Shown one piece after another: positions 1-9,467 of a DNA stretch of 64,000 bases. Within the stretch, counting starts at the first letter, position 1. Each line of letters starts with the position of its first letter. Under the pieces are notes generated by a model that was not told the DNA's origin, ran no database searches, and saw nothing but the letters and a program-made list of their open reading frames with translations. The translations under genes were made by a program, and so were the position numbers. Origin of the DNA: Candidatus Poribacteria bacterium (GTDB lineage Bacteria > Poribacteria > WGA-4E > WGA-3G). The DNA lies in NCBI GenBank assembly GCA_965205025.1, contig CBDBFU010000004.1:64001-128000 (forward strand). Direction: 5' to 3'.

Positions 1-3000
1 TATGAAGACATGTTCCGCGATCAAATCAAAGGCGACCATAGACTCTTGAGGTACGACTACGATACCTTTGGACGAGAGGAGGAGATTGACCAATTTAGAT
101 CCTTTGTCCAAGACACTGACAAAAGATTGTTCGTTATGTCTGGGAGTGGCGGCATCGGCAAAACTAAACTTGCAATTGAATTCGCAAAAATGGTCGAACA
201 AGAACACCATGACTATGAACCCTTATTTGTTCAAATTGCCGAAGATAGTTTTGAAAATGCGTTGGCAGATATTCCACCAAATAGAAAGTACATCTTCTTT
301 GTAGATGACGCGCATGACTATATAGACAACCTTGGCGGTATTAAAATATTGCTTAAAAGTTCTGGATATAGTGAATCGAAAGCAGTCCTTATAACACGAA
401 AGCCGTTTAAAGCATCTTTGAGAGGGATTTTCTTATCTGCGTTACCAGAACAAGCCATTCACGAAATGGAAATTCCAAGACTATCGTTTGAGAAAACCAA
501 AGATTTTATCAATTCACATATACATATCCAAGACAGTGTCCGTTTGAATGACTTGGCAAAAATTGGAAAAGATACACCTTTAATTACTGTAATGGTGATA
601 GATCTATTCAATAAAGGAAATGATCTTAGTAAATTAACAGAAGATAAATCGATAGAACGTGTTTTTGAATCCTATATAAATGACATATTTAGTAAACACC
701 TTCGTAAATATGACAAACAACACAGAACATTACTTAACTGGTTCAGTGGAATCGAACCAGTAGACATTGAAGATAACAGAACACTCGAAAAATTGGCTGA
801 ACTCTTAAAACTGGAAATCTATGAGATAGAAAGATACCGTGATGATCTTATAGGATCCGGTTTACTTGTTCAGTATGGAAGGAAGTCAAGGGTTTTCCCT
901 GGTCCACTCAGCGATTATATTTTACGGAATGCATGTTTTTTATCCGATAGGAATACTTCCTCTTTTCACAAGTCATTGTTAGAAGAGTTTCTACCGATCT
1001 GCCCTATCAATGTTGTTAAAAACTTAGCACGGGTAGAAATCACAGCTGGTAAAACAGAACTTCTTGACGAGTACGTAAATAAGCTTCAATTACTGGCACA
1101 ATCAGGTGATAACGCTGATCGGATGCTTATTCTACTTCAAATGGAAGGCATCTGTTATTTTCGACCAGATGATGCAATTGAGATCTTTAATATCATCCTG
1201 GATAATCCGCATTCTGAAGCCACTGAAGTGGTGGACAAGTTTTGGGGGAAATTCACGGTGACACATCAAGCGTTAGTAGAAAAGATAGCGAATGAAGCAC
1301 AAAAGACTGTTTACACGCTTTCAGGATTCCGCGGAACGTTAAATGTTATTCGAAAACTTTTCCAGGCGGATAACCTGGATTCCCCTAATGTTCGTAGACC
1401 AGAATGGTTACTAAGGGATATAGTCCGTTTCCGAAATGGTAAATCCTTTGTATTTCAAGAGGAAACTCTTGAAGCATTTGAGATGTGGAAAAATGAAGAT
1501 ATACCAAAGCTCAGTATAGCACTGCTCAACGCACTTGATTCTTTACTTGTAATGGATTTTCAAGAAACTGTCAGTGAAGGATTTACATTGAAGATTTCTT
1601 GGCACTCATTAAAATACACTCCAGCATTAATCCAGATTAGAGAGCGTTCTATCAATCTCATAGCAGATTGTATGAAAGTAACTCAGTATACTAAAGTTAA
1701 ATTGAAAGCGATAGATTGTATTAATAAAGCTCTAAGACCGTTTGAGGGTCCTCGTAGGAACCCTGATTTGATGGATGAAGAAGAACAATTATTTCTACAA
1801 GCAGAGCAAGAACGGCTTTTTCAAATACTTACCAATCAATTATCAGAAGAATCTGATTTCAATATCCTCAATGCCATAGATGAGTGTTTACATGTATACA
1901 CGGAAAATCCACCCGGCTACTTAAAACAACGTGCTACACAATTGTTAGAAAAATTTGAGAAACAAGATAACTATAATCACTATCTTTTTTATAGGCAATT
2001 TACTGGAAAATATCGACAGTGGACAACCCCAGAAGAAAAAACAAAAATTCGTTGAAAAGTATATAGAAGAATATCCAGCTAAACGTCTTGCAGAATTAAT
2101 GAGTGCATTCCTGGGCTCAAGTGTGTACGAAACGAATACTTTGGCAGTAACTGAACATCTATGGACTATTGGTAAACTTAACCCAGTTTATGGATCTGAA
2201 TTGTTAGATTATATTCTTTCTTTGCAGACTGATGTAAAAGATTACGCAGCAGGGTTACTTGGTGGTATTCGTTATTCCAATAACGATAAGGCATTAAAAA
2301 TAGAACACCAATTATTGAAACAAGACAATATATCTGTCAAAAGAATCGTTGTAAAGAGTTTTTTATGGGTCATGGAAGGACAATCTTTAGATAAAGATAA
2401 TCTGCAAATTTTACTTCAATTGGTAGATATACCAGATGAAGGCTTAAATTCAGACATTGTTAAAACTCTACCTAATTTCTATAACGTGGACGTAGAATCC
2501 GTTCGGGAGATATTACTACGATTATCAACCAATGAATCATCATTGATTAAATCGGAGACTATAAAAGTTCTTTTGAGATTCCCATCACAGAAATACTTGG
2601 ACACTTACAAACAGGTAATGCACAATTGTGTGAAATTAGAACACCTTGATTATCATTCTGAGGAAGTCCTACATGCCATATTTATGTCTGATCCGATATG
2701 GGTTATTACGTTTTTTGAGAAACGAATTGTATACCAAGAGATGGAATTTAAGAGGAATGCTACAAATTATGAGGCAATTCCAATTCGAACTAACAATCTG
2801 TTTAGGGAAATTGACTGGAATGACAATAACGTTATGAATGCTTTAAGGCGGGTTAGAGATTGGGGTTTAGGACCTCCGAGTTATCGTAAATGGCTGGCTC
2901 CCGGATTATTGTCATCTATGGTTGATGGGAACAGTTCTCAAATTGAAGGCACTAAAATCAACAAAACGGTGCAAACAATCCTTGAAGAATGGATTGACTC

Positions 3001-3347
3001 AGAAGATTCAGATAAGATGTGGTGGGTAGCTTGTTTGTTGAGAAATTTTGATAAAGACAAAAACTTTTTACTCTCTTGTAGAATCACTTCTTATAAAAAG
3101 TAAAGGAAATGCAAAGATATTAACCGAAATTGAAGTTTCTATTGGTAATGTAGGTGCTTATTCCGGACCTCTTGGTGAACCGCTACCTCACCATGTAAAA
3201 CGCCTCGAATACCTTAAGGCATTGCAAGACAAAACTGAATCCTCAATTGTCAAACAGTTTGCAGATCGCCTCATAGATAGAACAAAACAGGAAATCGAAA
3301 GAGAACAGCAAAGGGATGAAGAATTTCTTGAAGGAGAGGAATGGTAA
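1..3347 (+). pseudogene. Large STAND/NACHT-like P-loop NTPase with helical C-terminal region, split by two +1 frameshifts (ORFs 10-2055, 1955-3103, 3048-3347); 5' end outside the window
   Basis: Walker A GSGGIGKT, Walker B FFVDDAH, preceded by FGREEEI. Frame is open from base 1. Removing one base in A/T runs near 2036-2047 and 3059-3069 joins the three ORFs (..EEKQKFVEKY.. and ..DKTFYSLVE..). Pseudogene versus sequencing error is unresolved. Confidence 0.7.
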
Positions 3348-3873
3348 ACCTAACGCACGAACAAGACCTCCTTGACGAAATTGACAACCTTAATTCACAA
3401 AACCAAATTCAAAATTCTGTCGGTTTACCCCCACAAGAAGTTAAATCAAAAATTGAGAGACTAATTAAAACGACCCAACAGCGGATTAACGCCACAGAAT
3501 TACATCTGAACTTAATAAAAAAAATAGATTCAGAAATCAGTTAATACATGATGACATAGATAGTGTAGTTCATCCAATATCTCCTCTTTCAGGTCTTACA
3601 TCTGATCCAAAATTGAATTTCTACAATTCATTCTTTCCTACTAATACCTCCCCAACCAGTCCTACTACAGAAGTAATCACTTTCTGCAAATATGTTTTTC
3701 AAGAGACTGTCAATTTTATAGATGTATGTTATAAGTTGACTTATGATGACCTACAACAAAGCGGAAGTCTTCCAGTTTAGTATTCTCAGATTTCTAATGT
3801 CAGAGAACTTGAAAAAGTGATAGCATTCATGGCAGGATTGCACTGCAAATTTCGCATTTTTGACATTGAGTAA
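3341..3873 (+). pseudogene. Decayed small protein with HEPN-like Rx4H motif (RNQLIH)
   Basis: ORF 3341-3544 overlaps the NTPase stop (ATGGTAA). A -1 shift at the A8 run 3517-3524 gives ..IKKNRFRNQLIHDDIDS.., open to TAG 3778-3780 and then to TAA 3871-3873. Confidence 0.4.
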
Positions 3874-3912
3874 GTCAAAATATGCTGATTCAATCCTTAA
3901 TTCAATTTTTTC

Positions 3913-3941
3913 TTGCACAATTTTTGTATAATTGATACAAT
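3913..3941 (+). promoter_or_regulatory. Sigma70-type promoter upstream of structured leader
   Basis: TTGCAC (3913-3918), 17 bp, TGnTACAAT (3933-3941). Confidence 0.55.
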
Positions 3942-3943
3942 AC

Positions 3944-4075
3944 CTGCTGACGTTAATAATTCGCGAAGCGCGCGTGGGTTACGTCAGGAAGCTGCCTAAG
4001 TTTGCTTAGGTGCGTCACCGGTGCAGCAACACCAGCGACGCTTAGCACTGACATAAACGGACTATGACAGCGCTG
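3944..4075 (+). ncRNA. Candidate structured RNA or leader (GC-rich, several hairpins)
   Basis: GC-rich island in AT-rich DNA. Stems CTGACGT/ACGTCAG, CCTAAG-tttg-CTTAGG and GCGTC..GGTG-cagcaa-CACC..GACGC. Lies directly after the predicted promoter. Confidence 0.4.
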
Positions 4076-4523
4076 GTTTCTATTATAGCATATAGCATAA
4101 AGTTTTTCTTTCTGTTAGTTCTAAGATGGGAACCAGCTTCCTATAGGGATGAGTTGCCTGAAAATACTTCTCTTTTATTGACAGATATGTCTGTCAACCC
4201 ACCCTGTAGACTGTCAAGACTATATACACAACCCTGGTGTAATTTTGATACAGTCTAAATTCAAATACACCCATAAATTACTATATATCACAATCGGTTT
4301 GTTTCTATTCACAAATTCTCATATTCTGTCGTAGCGATTTTCGATTCACGACATACTATCGAGAATCGGAATCTTCTCCTATTTTGTATGATGTTGTGAA
4401 TTGAGAAGTTTTGATATTCAAAACTCAAACGAGACCAACGGGTGTAATATAAATATGTCAAGTGTTAACTGTCATAACGCATAAAATTAAGAAAATCTAA
4501 TTTTTTCATAAGAGTTCCACTTG

Positions 4524-7500
4524 ATGCAACAAGATCAGAACAGAACATCAGAATCCCTACAAAAACTACAAGACCTACTCCAAAAACTTTTCCGTGCAGA
4601 TGCCGCCGACCTTGACTTCGGCATCTACCGTGTCATTAACCAACGACGCAATCTAATCCAAGCTTATATTGACCAAGAACTTCCCACCGAAATAAATGAT
4701 GCGCTTAACGCAAACGCCGAAATTGAATCAGATCGCGAAAAACTTGAAGAGCTAAAAAAAGGAGTCGTAGATGCTTTTGGTAATGATGTGTTAGATGTAG
4801 AGGGAAATCTAATTGATGAATCCATTAAAGAGCGTCCTGGAGTTAAGAAATACCTTGAGGAGAAAGAACGAATTGGCTCCCCGCAAACTCGTGATCAGCG
4901 CGCAGATGTCGTTTTCAATCATCTTTACACCTTCTTCTCACGATATTACGATAACGGAGACTTTATCCCACGCAGACGTTATTCACAAACCGAACGTTAC
5001 GCTGTTCCATATAACGGTGAAGAGGTATATCTCCATTGGGCAAACCGAGATCAATACTATGTCAAGAGTGGAGAGCACTTCTCCGATTACAGATTTAAGT
5101 CTCAAGAAATTACCGTTATCTTTGACCTTCAAAATGTAGATATTGAAAAAGACAATGTCCAAGGCGTTAAACGTTTCTTTATTCCTATAGCAGCAGAGAC
5201 TAAATATAACTCAGAAACCGACAAGGTGTGCATCCCTTTTGAATACCGTCCCCTTACCGATGACGAAAAATCACGCTACGGCACCCGCGACCAACAGGAC
5301 AAAATCATTGATGCTGCAGAACCTGAAATCTTGGAAAAACTGTCAAACCATTATAATGCATTATCTGCCCTTGAGCATCAAACAGAGGATGTAACCATCC
5401 TCAAGAAACACCTCCGAACCTATACACGCCGCAACAATGCCGACTTTTTCATTCACAAGAACCTTGGGCAGTTTTTTAATCAAGAATTGGATGTCTTCAT
5501 CAAAAACGAAGTGATACCGATGTCCTCACTCATTTTTGATGATGTTAATTTCAATTTAGAGAATCTAAACAAGGTAAATTGGATTGAAACAGCAAATCTC
5601 GTTCTCACCATCGCTTCTAAGATTATTGATTTCTTGGCACACATTGAAGAATTCCAAAAACGTCTTTGGCTAAAAAAGAAGTTTGTTCTTTCTACCGATT
5701 ACTGCTTTACGCTTGACCGTGTCCCAGAAGAACTCTATCCCGATATAGCGGAGAACGATGCACAACTTGAGGAGTGGAAAGACCTTTTTTCTATTCACGA
5801 AATAGACCACGACCTTATCCATACCGATTACTCCGAGCCGCTCTCCGTTAACTTTCTCAAAGAAAATCCGAACCTTGTTTTGGATACCTGCCACTTCGAC
5901 TCTGACTTCAAAGATCGCCTCTTGACACATTTTAACGATCTGGATAACGAGACAGACGGCTTGTTAATTCATGGGGAGAACTTTCAAGGATTGAATCTGC
6001 TGACTGAGAAATACCGAGAATCTGTAAAGTGTATCCACATTGATCCACCGTATAATACTCAAACAAGTGGGTTTCTCTATAAAAACTCATACCAGCATTC
6101 AAGTTGGTTATCAATGATGGCAGATAGATTGACTTTATCTGAATATTTTATGGCCCAGGATAGTTGTTTCTTCTCTCATATTGACGAGAGCGAATATGAG
6201 AAACTTTTCTTGTTTTTTAAAACATTATCAATGGATGATCAAGGGACAGTTGTGTGGGATAAAAGGAACCCCATTGGAGCATCAAATACGATAGCGACAC
6301 AACACGAATATACTATTTGTCATTCTAAGGGAAATGTAAAATTAAAGTCACAACATGCTAATGGTGAAATAATATTAAAAAAAGCATCGTCATTAATGAA
6401 AGCACATAGTGGAGTTACAGTCCAATGCCGTAAAGAATTTAAAACTTGGATTAACACAAATACAGAGTTAAGCGGAATGGAACGATCCTATTCTGCAATT
6501 GACGATAATGGACATGTTTATACAACTGTCCATATGGGAGCTGGAGATGTCCGAACAGATCCTAAATACTTTAGACATTTAATTCATCCTATTACTAAGA
6601 AACCTTGTCCTGTGCCGAAAAATGGTTGGTCAAGTACTCCAGAATACATAGATGGTTTATTACAGAATAATGAAGTTAGCTTCGGCGTTGATGAAACAAC
6701 TCAACCACGCCGAAAGTGTTATTTGAAAGATAATCTGACAGGTGAATTAACGTCTGTAATTTCAACTGGTGAACGGGGCAAACACCAACTGGATGCGTTT
6801 GGTTTAGATTTTCCGTATTCTCACCCCGTAGGTTTGTATGAAAAACTTGCTTGGTCAGTTACACCTGATGGAGAAGGTATAATACTTGACTTTTTTGCAG
6901 GTAGTGGTACTAATGCCCACGCAGTTATTAATCTCAATCGTAAAGATCATGGAAACCGAAAATACATCCTTATTGAGATGGGACACCACTTTGATACTGC
7001 ACTGATGCCTCGCGTCAAAAAAGCTGTTTATGCAGAAAAATGGAAGGATGCAAAACCTGTCTCTCGTGATAGTAGACTTTCCCACATCATTAAATACCAG
7101 CGTATTGAATCTTATGAAGATGCCCTCAATAACATAGAATTCAACGAAACTGATTATCAAAATCTGTTAGTTAACGAACACCAATTGAGTTATATGTTGG
7201 AAAGCGATACAAAGGAATGTCCAACGTTTCTAAACATCTCGGAACTCCAAAACCCGTTCAGTTATCAACTTGATATTGTCAAAGATATGCAGACACATAC
7301 ACAGACAGTGGATTTACCCGAAACCTTCAACTATCTTCTCGGTTTATCAGTCAAGACTCGTCAGTGCTTGTACGATGATGACAGACGTTATCTTGTCTAC
7401 AGAGGAACAGTTGGGCAAAAGTTGGTCGTCATTATCTGGCGTGAAACTTCAGGGTGGGAACAAGAAGATTATGAACGTGATTATCGTTTCATTCAGGAGA

Positions 7501-7607
7501 ATGAACTCACAGAAGGTGCAGCAGAGGTGTATGTCAACACAGATAGCAATGTCCCGGAGGCAAAATCTTTAGATCCGCTTTTTAAACGGTTAATGTTTTC
7601 ACAATAA
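4524..7607 (+). CDS. mod: Type III restriction-modification methyltransferase (Mod subunit)
   Basis: N-terminal DLDFGIYR, catalytic IDPPY, SAM-binding DFFAGSGT, C-terminal VDLPETFNYLLGL. Lies upstream of a Res helicase. Confidence 0.92.
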   Translation: MQQDQNRTSESLQKLQDLLQKLFRADAADLDFGIYRVINQRRNLIQAYIDQELPTEINDALNANAEIESDREKLEELKKGVVDAFGNDVLDVEGNLIDESIKERPGVKKYLEEKERIGSPQTRDQRADVVFNHLYTFFSRYYDNGDFIPRRRYSQTERYAVPYNGEEVYLHWANRDQYYVKSGEHFSDYRFKSQEITVIFDLQNVDIEKDNVQGVKRFFIPIAAETKYNSETDKVCIPFEYRPLTDDEKSRYGTRDQQDKIIDAAEPEILEKLSNHYNALSALEHQTEDVTILKKHLRTYTRRNNADFFIHKNLGQFFNQELDVFIKNEVIPMSSLIFDDVNFNLENLNKVNWIETANLVLTIASKIIDFLAHIEEFQKRLWLKKKFVLSTDYCFTLDRVPEELYPDIAENDAQLEEWKDLFSIHEIDHDLIHTDYSEPLSVNFLKENPNLVLDTCHFDSDFKDRLLTHFNDLDNETDGLLIHGENFQGLNLLTEKYRESVKCIHIDPPYNTQTSGFLYKNSYQHSSWLSMMADRLTLSEYFMAQDSCFFSHIDESEYEKLFLFFKTLSMDDQGTVVWDKRNPIGASNTIATQHEYTICHSKGNVKLKSQHANGEIILKKASSLMKAHSGVTVQCRKEFKTWINTNTELSGMERSYSAIDDNGHVYTTVHMGAGDVRTDPKYFRHLIHPITKKPCPVPKNGWSSTPEYIDGLLQNNEVSFGVDETTQPRRKCYLKDNLTGELTSVISTGERGKHQLDAFGLDFPYSHPVGLYEKLAWSVTPDGEGIILDFFAGSGTNAHAVINLNRKDHGNRKYILIEMGHHFDTALMPRVKKAVYAEKWKDAKPVSRDSRLSHIIKYQRIESYEDALNNIEFNETDYQNLLVNEHQLSYMLESDTKECPTFLNISELQNPFSYQLDIVKDMQTHTQTVDLPETFNYLLGLSVKTRQCLYDDDRRYLVYRGTVGQKLVVIIWRETSGWEQEDYERDYRFIQENELTEGAAEVYVNTDSNVPEAKSLDPLFKRLMFSQ

Positions 7608-7830
7608 TACCAATTTTGCTTAATTAGTTTACATTAATAGCAAATCGGAGAAGCTAATTTAGTTCAAAAGGATTCTATAAACATTCCGTCCCTACGGGAC
7701 TCAAGATAATGGATAAGCACGTTTTCTATAGACATTTCGTCCCTACGGGACTCATAATATCTATATGATAAACCTTATATCACGTAAGTCACGTAAGTCA
7801 TAATGTAAATTTATCAATTGAAAATGGTAT
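7607..7830. repeat. MITE-like element with ATACCA..TGGTAT ends containing two REP-like units
   Basis: Imperfect terminal inverted repeats ATACCAATTT / AAAATGGTAT. Two copies of TCTATArACATTyCGTCCCTACGGGACTCA at 7674-7703 and 7725-7754. Confidence 0.55.
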
Positions 7831-7934
7831 TATATGGTCTTAATTATTTCAAGGGAAATGACCCATGAAACTCGAAGAAAATAAAAGAATCTGTTGTTCA
7901 AGGAAACGGAGTGAGTTTGTTGAATACCTAACAC

Positions 7935-9389
7935 TATAGGCGTCAATTTTAGAAAAAGGATGTCTGATTTTTCAATAATAATTATTGTTAAGTGAAAACA
8001 TCTCCTATATAATGTATAAAAATATTACCTTTTACTTTATACAAGAGGTGTTTCCAATGAATACATTATCACAGGTTCCTGAAAAAATGCAACAGATTCT
8101 AACAACCATTGCTGATGAAGCAGCCCTTGAAACAGGATTTTGCAAAAGAAATCGAAAACTTGCGGGGAGTCATTTTGCTCAGACACTTATTTATAGTTGG
8201 TTAGAAAATCCTGATGCCACCTATACTCAACTTACACATACTGCTGCTTCTCTCGGTACTCCAATCTCACGACAAGCGATTGAACAACGATTTACTGCTG
8301 AAGCTGCACAAACCCTCAAAGCAATCCTTGACGCGGCTGCGTCCGAAGTGATTTCTGCGGATCCACAAGTTCTCCCACTCCTTGAACAGTTCAACGGTAT
8401 CTATATACAAGATAGTTCTTGGATAACACTCCCTGATACGCTTCACGATATTTGGGAAGGTGCCAGTAAAAAGGATTATCCGAACAAATCCGAACTGAAA
8501 CTCCATCTACGCTTCGATGTTGCTACAGGGACATTCGAACACTTTCAACTCACCAACGGCATCACCGCTGATAGCACTGTAGAAAAACAGATTGACCGGC
8601 TCCCCCAAGGGAGTTTACGCCTTGCGGATCTCGGTTATTTTTCGCTACAAACCCTTCAAGAACTTACGGACGAAGGGGTCTTTTGGATTTCACGGTATAA
8701 AGTTAGGTGTTCGGTTTTTGACAATACAGGAAAGCCTCTTTGTTTACATAAATGGCTCAAGTTTCAGACCGAAAACATTATCGAAACAGATATTTTCATA
8801 GGTTCAAAAAAGCGGATGAAAGTAAGATTAGTAGCTCAGAGACTCTCCGAAGAAGAAACCGAAAAACGACGACGAGATATCAACTATCGTGCTAAACGAA
8901 AGCATACACAAGCATCACAGGCACGACTCCAACTCGCAGGTTGGAATATCTACATTACAAATATTGGAACGGATCAACTCACCGCTGAACAGATATGTGT
9001 CATTGCGCGGATTCGATGGCAGATCGAGTTGATATTTAAGTGCTTTAAAAGCCTTGGAAAAGTAGACACATCACGAAGTAAAAAACCGTATCGTATTCTA
9101 TGTGAAATATATGCTAAACTGATCGCTGCAATCATTCGGCATTGGGTGATGTTGGTCATAGGATGGCGATGTTTACGGCATAGTTTATCGAAAACAGTAG
9201 AGCTTATTACGTCCTACACACGCACAATCACAATAAGCTTTCGCAAGTCAAAGAGACATCTTAGAGAGACATTTGATGAGATAAAACAAGTATTCGAAAA
9301 CGGGTGCTACATTGAAAGAAGAGCTAATAGAAAAACAACATTGGAATATCTTGAAAATGCTACAAAAAACCGCTAAATTGACGCCTATG
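7935..9389 (+). mobile_element. IS4-family insertion sequence (1455 bp), 15-bp TIRs, 20-bp direct repeats
   Basis: TIRs TATAGGCGTCAATTT (7935) and AAATTGACGCCTATG (9375-9389). Identical GTTTGTTGAATACCTAACAC at 7915-7934 and 9390-9409. Confidence 0.92.
8057..9376 (+). CDS. IS4-family DDE transposase
   Basis: IQDSS, LADLGYF and RWQIELIFKCFKS (YREK-like; the Tyr position reads ARIRW). ATG 8057 follows a GAGGTG RBS. Confidence 0.9.
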   Translation: MNTLSQVPEKMQQILTTIADEAALETGFCKRNRKLAGSHFAQTLIYSWLENPDATYTQLTHTAASLGTPISRQAIEQRFTAEAAQTLKAILDAAASEVISADPQVLPLLEQFNGIYIQDSSWITLPDTLHDIWEGASKKDYPNKSELKLHLRFDVATGTFEHFQLTNGITADSTVEKQIDRLPQGSLRLADLGYFSLQTLQELTDEGVFWISRYKVRCSVFDNTGKPLCLHKWLKFQTENIIETDIFIGSKKRMKVRLVAQRLSEEETEKRRRDINYRAKRKHTQASQARLQLAGWNIYITNIGTDQLTAEQICVIARIRWQIELIFKCFKSLGKVDTSRSKKPYRILCEIYAKLIAAIIRHWVMLVIGWRCLRHSLSKTVELITSYTRTITISFRKSKRHLRETFDEIKQVFENGCYIERRANRKTTLEYLENATKNR

Positions 9390-9467
9390 GTTTGTTGAAT
9401 ACCTAACACCCAGAAGGCACCAACAACGCAACTCAAAAAAGAGACACGGCAACTCACAGAACACACG

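Noticed and set aside
7674-7800. Mini CRISPR array from the paired repeats (also 51705-51777)
   Set aside because: Only two units, short spacer, no cas genes. The sequence fits dispersed REP-like hairpins.
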